A DNA stretch of 64,000 bases from Acidimicrobiaceae bacterium (GCA_030837965.1 JAUTXP010000021.1:14844-78843), one strand, 5' to 3'; positions 50,259-60,307 are shown, counted from the first letter of the stretch. Notes: a model not told the origin generated them from the sequence alone. A program made the numbers and translations.

Positions 50259-51605
50259 TCAGGCCCGGAGGAGCTCGGCCACCAAGAAGGCGAGGTCGAG
50301 CGACTGGCGGGCGTTGAGGCGGGGGTCGCACGTCGTCGTATAGCGCACGTGCAACTGGTCCTCGAGGATCTCCTCGGCCCCGCCCAGGCACTCGGTCACA
50401 TCGTCGCCGGTCAGCTCGATGTGCACGCCGCCCGGCCACACGCCCGCGGCCCGGCACACGGCGAAGAAGCCCTGGATCTCGGCCAGCACGTCGTCGAAGT
50501 GGCGGGTCTTGCGCCCGGTGGCGCTGGTGACGGTGTTGCCGTGCATGGGGTCGCAGGCCCACACCACTGGGTGGCCCGCCTCGGTCACGGCGGCGATGAC
50601 GGGAGGCAGCCCGGCCGCCACCTTGCCCGCGCCCATGCGCGAGATCAGCGTGATGCGGCCCGGCACCCGGTCCGGGTTGAGGGCCTCGCACAGGGCGACG
50701 GCCTCGTCGGGGGACGCCGTCGGGCCGAGTTTCACGCCCAGCGGATTGCCGACGCCCGCCAAAAACTGGACGTGGGCCGCGTCCAACTGCCGGGTCCGCT
50801 CGCCGATCCACAGCATGTGGGCCGAGCAGTCGTACCAGTCGCCTGTCAGCGAGTCCCGCCGGGTGAGCGACTCCTCGTAGCCCAGCAGCAGGGCCTCGTG
50901 CGAGGTGTAGAAGTCGACCTGATGCAAGCGGGCCTCGGCCTGGAGGTCGATGCCGCACGCCTTCATGAAGCGCATGGCCCGCTCGATCTCGGAGGCGATG
51001 GCCTCGTACCGCCTGCCCTCGCTGCTCGACGCCACGAACTGCTGGTTCCACACGTGCACCTGCGACAGGTCGGCGAAACCGCCCTTGGTGAAGGCCCGGA
51101 CCAGGTTCAGGGTCGACGCCGACTGGTGGTAGGCGGCCACCAGCCGGGCCGGGTCGGGGATGCGGGCCTCGGCCGTGGGGGCGTCGTCGTTGACGATGTG
51201 GCCCCGGAACGACGGCAGCTCGACGCCGCCGACCAGCTCGGTAGGGGACGACCGGGGCTTGGCGAACTGCCCGGCGATGCGGCCCACCTTGAGCACGGGA
51301 ACCCCAGCCCCGTAGGTCAGCACCACCGCCATCTGGAGGATGACCTTGAGCTTGTCCCTGATGGCGTCGGCCGAGAACTCGTCGAACGACTCGGCGCAGT
51401 CGCCCGCCTGAAGCAGGAACGCCCGGCCCGCGGCCACGTCGGCCAGCGAGGCCTCCAGGTTGCGGGCCTCGCCCGCGAAGACCAGCGGCGGCAGCGCGGC
51501 CAACTGCTTGAGCGAGCGTTCGAGGGCGGCGGGGTCGGGCCACTCCGGCTGCTGGGCCACGGGGAAGTCACGCCACGCCGTCGGTGTCCACGCCCCCGGT
51601 TTCAC
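50259..51605 (-). CDS. aroG: 3-deoxy-7-phosphoheptulonate (DAHP) synthase, class II
   Basis: W.DFPVAQQPEWPD, LLQAGDCAESF, KVGRIAGQFAKPRS, and WIGERTRQLD. GTG 51605 gives 448 aa. The longer track ORF is an upstream run-on. Confidence 0.9.
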   Translation of the reverse strand: MKPGAWTPTAWRDFPVAQQPEWPDPAALERSLKQLAALPPLVFAGEARNLEASLADVAAGRAFLLQAGDCAESFDEFSADAIRDKLKVILQMAVVLTYGAGVPVLKVGRIAGQFAKPRSSPTELVGGVELPSFRGHIVNDDAPTAEARIPDPARLVAAYHQSASTLNLVRAFTKGGFADLSQVHVWNQQFVASSSEGRRYEAIASEIERAMRFMKACGIDLQAEARLHQVDFYTSHEALLLGYEESLTRRDSLTGDWYDCSAHMLWIGERTRQLDAAHVQFLAGVGNPLGVKLGPTASPDEAVALCEALNPDRVPGRITLISRMGAGKVAAGLPPVIAAVTEAGHPVVWACDPMHGNTVTSATGRKTRHFDDVLAEIQGFFAVCRAAGVWPGGVHIELTGDDVTECLGGAEEILEDQLHVRYTTTCDPRLNARQSLDLAFLVAELLRA

Positions 51606-51689
51606 GCCGTCAAGGTTGGCACACGGCGGGCTGTTTCCTCGCAGCCGTTGTCGGGGCTCGGTCGGTTGGGCTGACGGTTCCGAGCGGGC

Positions 51690-53015
51690 GTGGACGCCGT
51701 ACCCTGGCTCACGATGGTAGTGGTGACGCGCGACGGCGGGCAGTCCGGCCCGGGCTGTGAGTGGCCTTCGGGCGCGGGCGCGGCTTTGTCTGGGGCGGAC
51801 CCGGCGGGTGGGGCGGGTGCGCCGGGTGCGGCGAGGCATGGCCGGGACACGACGTCGCCGGGGCTGGTGCTGGCCGCCGTGCTGTCGCTGGCCGCGGGCG
51901 CCATCCACTTCGCCTTTGCGCCCGAGCACTTCGCCGAGCACGCGTCGCACGGCGCCTTCTTTCTCGGTCTCGGGTTGTTCCAAGTGGGCTGGGCTGTCTG
52001 GGCCTTGCTGCGACCCGGCCGGCTCGTCGCCGCCGTGGGCCTCCTGAACCTGGCGGTGGTCGGGGTGTGGCTGGTGTCGCGCACGGCCGGGCTCCCCGGC
52101 GAGCCGGTTGAGGCGGTTGGGTTCCCGGACGCGCTGGCGTCGGCTGTGGAGGTGGGTGTGGCCGGGCTCGGGCTGGTGGCGTTGGTCCGGGGCGTGGGCA
52201 GGCCCCGCCTGCGGGCGCCGGTCGTCGCCGTGGTGGCCACGGTGGCCACGGCCTTGACCCTGGTGTCTCTCACGCCTGCGGCTGCAGGCGGGCATCACCA
52301 CCACGAAGCCGCGTCCGCGTCCGCGCCCGTGCCCGCGCACGACGGGGCCGGCCATGTCGCCACCCCCGCGTCCGGTTCCGCGGCGGGCACGAGTCCGTGC
52401 GAGCGGGCCGGTCCTCCCGCCTCGCCCGCCCAGGTCACGGACAGCGAGGGACACTTCCACCGGGGCAGCGTCCCGCAGCAGCCCATCGACGCAGGCACCC
52501 GGCTGGTCCTCGCTGGCCAGCAGGCCCTGGCCCGGGCCGCCGCAGCCCGGTATCCGACCGTGGCCGACGCCACGCGGTCGGGCTATCGCCTTTCCACCGG
52601 CTACACGCCGTGCATCGGCGCCCACTTCACCAACATCGGCCTGGTCGCCAGGTTCGACCCGGCCGCGCCCTCGGAGCTGCTGTTCGACGGGACGACGCCG
52701 TCGGCCAAGCTGGTGGGGCTGAGCTATCTCGTGTACCACCCCGGCGGTGCGCCCGTGGGCTTCGCGGGCCCCAACGACGTCTGGCACCAGCACAACGCCA
52801 ATGGCGGGCTGTGCTTCAGCGCCGACGGTGTCGTCATCGCGGGCGAGCAAGCGAGCGCGCGGGAGTGTGCCGCGCTGGGCGGGGCCAAGCGCGAGCTGAC
52901 TGACGTATGGATGCTGCACGACTGGGTCGTGCCCGGTTGGGAGTGCTCCTGGGGCGTGTTCGCCCCCGAGTGCCCGGAGCTGGGCGGCCGGGTAGGCCGG
53001 TCAGCCTGGGACTGA
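51690..53015 (+). CDS. Hypothetical membrane protein: 4-TM N-terminal domain, His-rich linker, Cys-containing C-terminal domain
   Basis: TM helices with AIHFAFAPEHFAEHASHGAFF, an HHHHE linker, and a C-terminal domain with 6 Cys. No family recognised. The start is uncertain (ATG 51714 is possible). Confidence 0.55.
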   Translation: MDAVPWLTMVVVTRDGGQSGPGCEWPSGAGAALSGADPAGGAGAPGAARHGRDTTSPGLVLAAVLSLAAGAIHFAFAPEHFAEHASHGAFFLGLGLFQVGWAVWALLRPGRLVAAVGLLNLAVVGVWLVSRTAGLPGEPVEAVGFPDALASAVEVGVAGLGLVALVRGVGRPRLRAPVVAVVATVATALTLVSLTPAAAGGHHHHEAASASAPVPAHDGAGHVATPASGSAAGTSPCERAGPPASPAQVTDSEGHFHRGSVPQQPIDAGTRLVLAGQQALARAAAARYPTVADATRSGYRLSTGYTPCIGAHFTNIGLVARFDPAAPSELLFDGTTPSAKLVGLSYLVYHPGGAPVGFAGPNDVWHQHNANGGLCFSADGVVIAGEQASARECAALGGAKRELTDVWMLHDWVVPGWECSWGVFAPECPELGGRVGRSAWD

Positions 53016-53858
53016 CCGGGCCGGCGTCGAGCCTGCCGACCCGGCGGCCGTGCGCGTCCGGGTGACGCGGCGGTCGCCGGCAACCGCCGCGTCCTCCGAG
53101 ACTGACGTGAGGGCGCGTGAGGGCGAACTGGCACCAGGCCAGTGGTCGTGGTCTATGTATGGGCTGGCTGCGTGCCAGCGAAGGAAGGCCAGCCGCCGGG
53201 CCAGGTCGGCGTCGCTGGCGACGTAGGCGGACAGGTCCGCCGGGTCGAGGTCGTGGATACGGGCGCGGTCGACCTCGACCGGGTCCAGGCCGAAGAAGCG
53301 GGCCATCGTCTTGAGCGAGCAGCTCAACAGCAGCGCCCGCCCGATGTCACGGAACAACTGGTACGCGTCGAGATGGGTATGGGAGCCCCAACGGGCCCGA
53401 TAGGCGCCGGCGTGGCCCGCGAGCGGCCGGCGGATGTGGATGGCGTGGTCGAGCCGAAGCTCGAGGCCGAGGCGCAGGCCCGCGGTGCCCGCCCGGTCGG
53501 CGATAAAGGGCAGGTCGAACCCGGCGCCGTGCCACGTGACCACGACGCCGGGGGTCAACCCGGCCAAGACCTCGTCGAGCGCGACGAGCAAACCGTCCTC
53601 GGCACCGGTGAGAACCACTGCGCCCGAAGCCGTGCTCACTGCGGCAGCCACGATCCCGCCCTCACGAGGGTCGAGGCCGTCGCACGACGTGTCCGTCTCT
53701 ATGTCGAGGCCATACAGGGGAAGCGAAGGGCCCACCGCCGAGGAGGGTACGCCGAGGGTGTAACAAGAACGCGGACCGAGTGGGCCAGCGCCCCGTTCGC
53801 GCGCAGGCGCACCCGATCGGCCTCCGCTTCTGGGCACCAAAACTTCGCTCAGGGGCAA
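53001..53858 (-). CDS. DEDD-type 3'-5' exonuclease domain protein (RNase H-like fold)
   Basis: Exo motifs YGLDIETD, WHGAGFDLPF and YVASDADLA. The TTG start is uncertain. The 3' end overlaps the convergent gene by 15 nt. Confidence 0.6.
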   Translation of the reverse strand: MPLSEVLVPRSGGRSGAPARERGAGPLGPRSCYTLGVPSSAVGPSLPLYGLDIETDTSCDGLDPREGGIVAAAVSTASGAVVLTGAEDGLLVALDEVLAGLTPGVVVTWHGAGFDLPFIADRAGTAGLRLGLELRLDHAIHIRRPLAGHAGAYRARWGSHTHLDAYQLFRDIGRALLLSCSLKTMARFFGLDPVEVDRARIHDLDPADLSAYVASDADLARRLAFLRWHAASPYIDHDHWPGASSPSRALTSVSEDAAVAGDRRVTRTRTAAGSAGSTPARSVPG

Positions 53859-53919
53859 GAAAAGGTGCCCAGAACGGGGGAGGCGGGGGAAGCCGGGGGC
53901 GCAAACCCGGCCGGGGGGG

Positions 53920-55368
53920 TTAGAAGTCGAGGGCGCTGAGTTCGGGGACGGTGTGGACGGCCCGGGCCACGGCCTGGCGCCAGCGGTCCCGGTCGGGGCG
54001 GCCGGCAGGCTCGATCACGGCCCGGGGCTTCCACGACGCCGCGATCTCGGCCTCGTCGGACCACACGCCCACGGCCATCCCGGCCAGATAGGCGGCGCCC
54101 AGCGTGGTGGCCTCCAACACGGGCGAGACCTCGACGGGCCTGCCCGCGGCGTCGGCCAAGGCTTGGAGGAACACGCCGTTGGCCGTCATGCCGCCGTCGA
54201 CCCGCAGGGCCGCGATCTGCACCGAGCCGTCGGCCTCGGCCGCCTCGACCAGGTCGGCGCCCCGATGGGCCACCCCTTCCAGCACGGCCCGCACGACCTC
54301 GGCCCGGCCCGTGCCCCGGGTGAGTCCGAGCAGGGTCCCGCGGGCCCCGAAGTCCCACGCGGGCGTGCCCATGCCGAGCAGGGCGGGCACGAACCAGACG
54401 TCGCCCGTGCCCGCAGGCCCGCACTGGGCGGCCAATGACTCGGACTCGGCCGCCGATGCGATCAGGCCCATGTCGTCGCGCAGCCACTCGACACACGTGC
54501 CCGCCGACAACATCACCGCCTCGATCCCCCACATGTCCACGCCGCCCTTGCGCCAGGCCACGATGGGGAAGCACCCGCCCGGTCCACGCGTGTCGAACGC
54601 GGGCCGCTCGGGACCGACGCACAGGTCGAGCATCCCACCGGTGCCGAAGGTGATCTTGGCCAGTCCGGGCTGGGTGCAGCCTTGCCCGACCAGCGAGGCC
54701 TGCTGGTCGCCCGCCATGCCCGCGATGAGCGGCGCGCCGGGGAGGGCGGAGGCCGAGCCCACCACGCCGGTGGAGTCGACGATGCGGGGCAGCACGTCCG
54801 CAGGGATGCGCAGCGCCTCCAGGATGTGGGCGGCCCAGCCCGACGCGTCGCCGTGGACCAGGCCGGTGACGGCCGCGTTGGTGGCGTCGGTGACGTGCAC
54901 GGACCCGCCGGACAGCACCCATGCGACCCACGTGTCCACCGTGCCGAAGCACAGGTCCTGCTCGCGGTTCGGGTCGTAGATGTCGAGCAGGGCGGCCAGC
55001 TTGGTGGCCGACGCGTTGGGCGCCAGCCGGATGCCCTGGGCCTGGAGCATGAGGCACATGCCCACCGTGCGCAGGTCCTGCCACCCGATGCCGGGAGCGA
55101 TGGGCGTGCCGGTGGCCCGGTCCCACACCAGCGTCGAGGCCCGCTGGTTGGCGATGCCCACGGCCTGCACCGGGCCCCCCTCGGCCAGCGCCGCGCCGGC
55201 CACGTCGAGCACGGCGGACGCCATCTGGGCACCGTCGAACTCCACGAAGTTGGGCGCAGGCGACGAGGGCAGCACCTGGCGGTAGTGGACGTGCTCGACA
55301 GTGGCGTCCGGCCTGACCACCGCGGCCCGCACGCCGCTGGTCCCGACGTCGACGACGAGGATGCTCAC
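53920..55368 (-). CDS. glpK: FGGY-family carbohydrate kinase, glycerol-kinase-like
   Basis: ILVVDVGTSGVRA, GIANQRASTLVWD..TG.P....I.WQD.RT, FGTVDTWVAWVLSGG..HVTDATNAA, and DGGMTAN. Confidence 0.75.
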   Translation of the reverse strand: MSILVVDVGTSGVRAAVVRPDATVEHVHYRQVLPSSPAPNFVEFDGAQMASAVLDVAGAALAEGGPVQAVGIANQRASTLVWDRATGTPIAPGIGWQDLRTVGMCLMLQAQGIRLAPNASATKLAALLDIYDPNREQDLCFGTVDTWVAWVLSGGSVHVTDATNAAVTGLVHGDASGWAAHILEALRIPADVLPRIVDSTGVVGSASALPGAPLIAGMAGDQQASLVGQGCTQPGLAKITFGTGGMLDLCVGPERPAFDTRGPGGCFPIVAWRKGGVDMWGIEAVMLSAGTCVEWLRDDMGLIASAAESESLAAQCGPAGTGDVWFVPALLGMGTPAWDFGARGTLLGLTRGTGRAEVVRAVLEGVAHRGADLVEAAEADGSVQIAALRVDGGMTANGVFLQALADAAGRPVEVSPVLEATTLGAAYLAGMAVGVWSDEAEIAASWKPRAVIEPAGRPDRDRWRQAVARAVHTVPELSALDF

Positions 55369-55820
55369 GCCGACTGCCGGATGGCGACGTACCCGCCCAG
55401 CACCCCGAAGGACACGACGATGGTGCCGAGCAGCAGCAACTGGATCACCAGCGAAACCGATATGGGGTCGCCGGACACCGCATGGCGCACCAATGAATAG
55501 AGGGCGAGCCCGACAAAGGCCAGCGCGGTGGCCGCCGCCGCGTGGGCCAGGCCTGCCCGCGGCCTGCGCCTGCCGGCCAGGTGCCCGCCCAGCGCAGCCC
55601 CAGCGAAGACGGCCAGTGGCACCACGACCCACAGGTTGGACTCCTGGCCGTCCATGTCGCCGCCTCGCAGGATGCGCACGAACAACGAGGGCGGGATGGC
55701 CACGGCCAGGGCCAGGCCCGCGCCCGCCAGCACCGTGGGCCAGTGCAGCCGCCGTGTTCCCCCGGCCCCGCCCGAACCCTCGGCAGTCGAACCCGCCCCG
55801 CCCGCCGGCTCCTCGCTCAC
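55365..55820 (-). CDS. Small polytopic membrane protein (hypothetical)
   Basis: 151 aa with four hydrophobic helices. GTGA overlaps at both ends place it inside the operon. Confidence 0.5.
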   Translation of the reverse strand: MSEEPAGGAGSTAEGSGGAGGTRRLHWPTVLAGAGLALAVAIPPSLFVRILRGGDMDGQESNLWVVVPLAVFAGAALGGHLAGRRRPRAGLAHAAAATALAFVGLALYSLVRHAVSGDPISVSLVIQLLLLGTIVVSFGVLGGYVAIRQSA

Positions 55821-57286
55821 GGCCACGGGACCGGGCCGAAGGGCGAGGGCAGCCCGAGCTTGCCCGGGTTCAGCACCCCGGCGGGGTCGAGGGCGTGCTT
55901 CAACCCGACCAGCACGTCGAACCCGTCGCCCAGCGCGGCCTGCATGAACCGGCCTCGGTTCAGGCCGATCCCGTGGTGGTGGCTCAGCGCCCCGCCCGCA
56001 TCGAGCGTGACTCGAGTGACCGCGTCCCACACGTCTCGGTAGAAGGCATCGCCGTCCTCGCGCTGGCCCGCGAACGTGAAGTACAGGCAGGCCCCGTCCG
56101 TGTACGCGTGGGACTGATGGGCCGACACGACCCATGCGCCGTCCACCGCCTTGACCGCCTCGATGGCGCCTGCGTAGATGCGCGGCAGCGCCGACCACGA
56201 GGCCGCGATCTCGCACGTGTCGACCACGATGCCCTGGGTGATGGCCGTCTCCAGGCCCGACACGTCGTTGCGATGCGACAGCCATCTGTCGACCAGGCCG
56301 TCGTCCTCGCGATGACCGGCCCTGCACTCCTCGGCCACCACGGCCAGCGTGGCCTCCACGATGGACGGGTCGCCCTCGTCCAGCACGATCAGGGCGTGGA
56401 CGTCGTCCAGGTCGAAGTTCCGCTTCGACTCCCTGTCGTCATAGAGGCGGAGCACGGCGGGCGTGGCCCCTCTGCGCAGGACTCGACGACATGCGTCCAA
56501 ACCGGCCTCGAACGAGGGGAACGACCACGCCCCCCGCTGTTCGGCCGCGGGCGCGGGATGCACCCGCAGCCGGGCCTCGGTGATGACGCCCAACGTGCCC
56601 TCGCTGCCGACGAAGAGCTGGAGAAGGTCCGGCCCTGACGCGGCTCGCGGCGCCCTCCCGCCCAACCGCACCAGGCGGCCGTCGGCGAGGGCCACCTCCA
56701 TGCCGACCACCATGTCCTCGATCTTCCCGTAGCGCGTGGAGAACTGCCCGGCCGACCGGCAGGCCAGCCACCCGCCGACCGTGGAAAGGGCCATGGACTG
56801 CGGCCAGTGCCCAAGGGTGACGCCGTGGTCGGCCCGCAGCGAGTCCTCGAGCACGTCGCCGAACATGCCCGCCCGCACATCGAGCAGCAGCGACTCGTCG
56901 TCCACCCCGACGATCCCGTCCAGCCCGCACAGGTCCAGGGCCACGCCGCCGAAAGCGGGCACCGAGCCGCCGCACACGCCGCTGCGGCCCGCCATGGCCG
57001 TGACCGGCACGCGCGCCTCCGAGCACACGCGCAGCACGGCGGCCACTTCGCCGGCCGCCTCGGGCTTGGCCACCAGCGCGGGAAGGGCGGGGACCTCGCC
57101 GCCCGCGGCCCACGTCATGGCCAGCGGCCACCAGTCCCGCCCGTGCTCGGCGTCGCCCTCGGCCACCGCCGCGCACGCCGAGCGCAGCCGGTCGTCGAAC
57201 CCGTCGGGCATGACCACGGCCGCTGATCCGAAGCGTCCGCGCACCGAATCGGGCAGGCCGATGGGCGGGGTCGGCTGGCCCCTCAT
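55817..57286 (-). CDS. FAD-linked oxidase (GlcD / alkyl-DHAP-synthase-like)
   Basis: An FAD_binding_4-type N-terminal half (VTAMAGRSGVCGGSVP) and a C-terminal FAD-oxidase domain (SHHHGIGLNRG). Confidence 0.85.
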   Translation of the reverse strand: MRGQPTPPIGLPDSVRGRFGSAAVVMPDGFDDRLRSACAAVAEGDAEHGRDWWPLAMTWAAGGEVPALPALVAKPEAAGEVAAVLRVCSEARVPVTAMAGRSGVCGGSVPAFGGVALDLCGLDGIVGVDDESLLLDVRAGMFGDVLEDSLRADHGVTLGHWPQSMALSTVGGWLACRSAGQFSTRYGKIEDMVVGMEVALADGRLVRLGGRAPRAASGPDLLQLFVGSEGTLGVITEARLRVHPAPAAEQRGAWSFPSFEAGLDACRRVLRRGATPAVLRLYDDRESKRNFDLDDVHALIVLDEGDPSIVEATLAVVAEECRAGHREDDGLVDRWLSHRNDVSGLETAITQGIVVDTCEIAASWSALPRIYAGAIEAVKAVDGAWVVSAHQSHAYTDGACLYFTFAGQREDGDAFYRDVWDAVTRVTLDAGGALSHHHGIGLNRGRFMQAALGDGFDVLVGLKHALDPAGVLNPGKLGLPSPFGPVPWP

Positions 57287-58929
57287 GCCCGCGCCCCGAC
57301 CGGCGGCAGGCCGGACGCGGCCCGCTCCCGCTCGGCCAATGCCGTGAATGCCGCCACCTGCCTGGCCTGTTCGGCCTCGTCCCATCCGAGTTCGGCCCCG
57401 ACCAACGCGGCCACGGACGGAGCGGCGGCCACCGCCGCGTCCCGCGCCAACAGCAGCGCCCGCGTGCGCCGGGACAACACGTCCTCCAGGGTGTGGGCCA
57501 TCTCATAGCGGGCCGCGTACACGGCCTCGGCCTTCATGTACGGGAGCCCTTCCAGGAGCGGCGCCCCCAGGTCCGGCGACCCGGCGACCATGGCCTCGAT
57601 CACCCGCGACTCGCCGCCGAACCGGGACCGCAGGTGCTCGTCGGTCACCCGGTCGCACCCGTCGGCGCCACGAAGGCGAAGCCGCTTGGTGGGGGAGCGG
57701 CGGATGGCGCTGGGCCCACGGCCGACCCCCTTGAGCACCTCGTCGACCGTGTCCGCCGCCATCTTGCGATAGGTGGTGAGCTTGCCGCCGGTCACGCTGA
57801 CCACGCCGCTATCCGACGTGGACACCGCGTGCCTGCGAGACAGGTCGGCGGTGCGCTCGGAGGAGGCGCCCGCGACCAGGGGGCGCAGCCCGGCCCATGT
57901 GCCCAACACGTCCGCCTCGGTGATGGGCTCGGAGACAGACGCGTTGACCGCGCCCAGGATGTAGGCCACGTCGTCGCCCGTGCACTCGGGCTGGTCGAGC
58001 GAGCCCTGATAGTCGGTGTCGGTGGTGCCCAGGTAGACCCGGTCGCCCCACGGCACCACGAAGATCGAGCGCCGGTCCTTGGGCACCGGCAGCACGGCGG
58101 CGATGTCGCAGCGCACCTTGTCCCATGCGACCGTGAGGTGCACGCCCTTGGCGGGCCGCAAGGTGTGCGGATGGGTGCCCTGGTCCAAGGCCCGCACGTC
58201 GTCCGACCACACGCCCGCCGCATTCACCACCACCGACGCCCGCACCTCGGTCCCGTCGGCCAGCCGGGCCCCTCGCACCTTGCCGCCGGCCTCCCCCTCG
58301 CCACCCTCGCCCTCGCCCTTCAGCAACCCCACGACGGGCGAGTAGTTGGCGGCCACCGCCCCGTGGTCGAGCACCGCGGTGCGCAGGATGGCAAGGGTCA
58401 ACCGGGCGTCGTCGGCCCGGGCGTCGTAATAGAGGAAACCGGCGACCAGCTTGTCCTTGCGCAGGGTGGGCATGTGGGCCACGGCCTCGTCGATCGAGAT
58501 GCGCTTGTGGCGCTTGCCGATGCGCAGGCCGCCGGTGAGGTCGTACAGCCACAGGGCCGTCGAGTAGGCCTTGGCCATCGTCTTGTTGACGGCCCTGTCC
58601 TTGCCGAACAGCGGGATGAGGAAGGGGAGCACCTGCACCAGATGCGGTGCGTTGTCGAGCAGGCGTTGGCGCTCGGCCAGGTTCTCGTAGACCAGAGCGA
58701 ACTCCTTCTGCTGGAGATAGCGCAGGCCGCCGTGCACCAGCTTGGAGGACTTGGACGACGTGCCGGAGGCGAAGTCGGCCCGCTCGACCAGCGCGGTGCG
58801 CAGGCCGCGCGCGGCGGCGTCGAGGGCCACGCCCGCGCCGGTGATGCCGCCGCCGATGACGAGCACGTCGAACTCCTCGTCGGCCAGGCGGGCCAGGGCC
58901 GCGGCCCGGTCGAAGGCGGCCGCGGTCAC
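57283..58929 (-). CDS. glpD: Glycerol-3-phosphate dehydrogenase (FAD-dependent)
   Basis: FDVLVIGGGITGAGVALDAAARGL, TSSKSSKLVHGGLRYL, and a C-terminal GlpD-type domain. Confidence 0.9.
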   Translation of the reverse strand: MTAAAFDRAAALARLADEEFDVLVIGGGITGAGVALDAAARGLRTALVERADFASGTSSKSSKLVHGGLRYLQQKEFALVYENLAERQRLLDNAPHLVQVLPFLIPLFGKDRAVNKTMAKAYSTALWLYDLTGGLRIGKRHKRISIDEAVAHMPTLRKDKLVAGFLYYDARADDARLTLAILRTAVLDHGAVAANYSPVVGLLKGEGEGGEGEAGGKVRGARLADGTEVRASVVVNAAGVWSDDVRALDQGTHPHTLRPAKGVHLTVAWDKVRCDIAAVLPVPKDRRSIFVVPWGDRVYLGTTDTDYQGSLDQPECTGDDVAYILGAVNASVSEPITEADVLGTWAGLRPLVAGASSERTADLSRRHAVSTSDSGVVSVTGGKLTTYRKMAADTVDEVLKGVGRGPSAIRRSPTKRLRLRGADGCDRVTDEHLRSRFGGESRVIEAMVAGSPDLGAPLLEGLPYMKAEAVYAARYEMAHTLEDVLSRRTRALLLARDAAVAAAPSVAALVGAELGWDEAEQARQVAAFTALAERERAASGLPPVGARA

Positions 58930-60254
58930 AACGGGTCGTCCAGTTCGGCGTAGGGCGTGCGGAACCCGTCGTGCAGCAGCCTGCGGGCCGGCCCCCAGTC
59001 CTTCACCAGGATGGACACGCCGAGCACCAGATACGTGATCGACACCACGACCCGCTCGATGCCGTGCAGGTGCTCGGGCACCACCGCCCCGATGAGGAAC
59101 TGGGCCCAGAACAACCCGAACAGCATGAGCGCCTCGCGGTTGGACATGGACAGGTTGATGAGGATGGCCACCGCGAAGACGGACTGGGCCGCGGTCAACA
59201 ACAACTCCTCGCGCTGCTGGGCGATGATGGGCAGCCCGTGCAGCGAGCCCGACGACAGGGCGAAGGCGATGGGCAGGGTGCCGACCAGCAGCGTCCACTG
59301 GTTGACCTTGGACGACACCAGCGTGCCCAGCCCGGCGTTGGTGTTGAGGCGCCACGCGAACAGCCCGGCCACGAGCAGCTCCGGCGACTCCGACGCCAAG
59401 GGCGCGAGCCACTGCACCAACAAGAACTCGGATATGTGGAACATCTTGCCCGTGTTGACCAAGGCCTCGGCGAAGTGCTCGGCGCACAGCAGGATGACCC
59501 CCGCGGCGACCACGAACAACAGCACCACCGCCGCTCTTCGCCTGTTCACCCGCAGCGTGGCCAGCAGCGTGGCCGGGCCCACCAGATGGGGCTCTTCGGC
59601 AGGCGCCCGCGAGATGCGGATGGTGTAGGCCACGAAGATGGTGACGAGCACGGCCGCGTCGAACAGGGTGATGGAGCCCTTGAGCGGCAGCGTGAGTGAA
59701 TAGGCGGTGGCCAGGACGAGGTAGGAGAGCTCCACCGAATGCGACCGCTCCAGCTCGATGCCCCTGTGCGCGGTGCCCTGCTTGCGAAAGCGCCACCACG
59801 CGATGAATGCGACCATGCTCCAGCCCACGCCGATCAGCAGTCGGTTGGCGCCCGTCATGTTGGCCAGGGCCAGCGAGCATGGGGCCTCGACCTTGGCCGC
59901 GATGTCGGCCGCCGACCGGCACGCGGGCCCGAAGCGCTCCACCGCGTTGCCGCCCTTGCGGGCGAAGACAAGGTCGACCGCGTACTCGGGCAGCACGGCG
60001 ATGAAGGCCAGCACGGCGATGGCCAGGCCCGCCGAGATGTCGAGCTGGGCCACCTCTGCGGCCCACGACAGCAAGAAGGCAGAGCCCACGATGGCCAGGC
60101 CGAACAAGAGCGCGTCGGCCGGATCGCTCACGTGCGAGCCGGTCACGCGCAGGAAGATCCCAGGCACGGTGGCGGCCACGGCGACAGCCATGGAAACGGC
60201 GTTGCGCCCGTGGTGGCGAGCGCCCGCGGCGAGGTCTTGGCCGGTGGTCGTCAT
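58926..60254 (-). CDS. CaCA-family cation antiporter-like membrane protein
   Basis: Polytopic, with two alpha-repeat-like motifs (FIAVLPEYAV and LASESPELLVA). Confidence 0.7.
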   Translation of the reverse strand: MTTTGQDLAAGARHHGRNAVSMAVAVAATVPGIFLRVTGSHVSDPADALLFGLAIVGSAFLLSWAAEVAQLDISAGLAIAVLAFIAVLPEYAVDLVFARKGGNAVERFGPACRSAADIAAKVEAPCSLALANMTGANRLLIGVGWSMVAFIAWWRFRKQGTAHRGIELERSHSVELSYLVLATAYSLTLPLKGSITLFDAAVLVTIFVAYTIRISRAPAEEPHLVGPATLLATLRVNRRRAAVVLLFVVAAGVILLCAEHFAEALVNTGKMFHISEFLLVQWLAPLASESPELLVAGLFAWRLNTNAGLGTLVSSKVNQWTLLVGTLPIAFALSSGSLHGLPIIAQQREELLLTAAQSVFAVAILINLSMSNREALMLFGLFWAQFLIGAVVPEHLHGIERVVVSITYLVLGVSILVKDWGPARRLLHDGFRTPYAELDDPL

Positions 60255-60307
60255 CGTCGGGGCATCCTAGAAGGGCGGTGTAACAGCAACGCCGGCGCTC
60301 CGACGGC

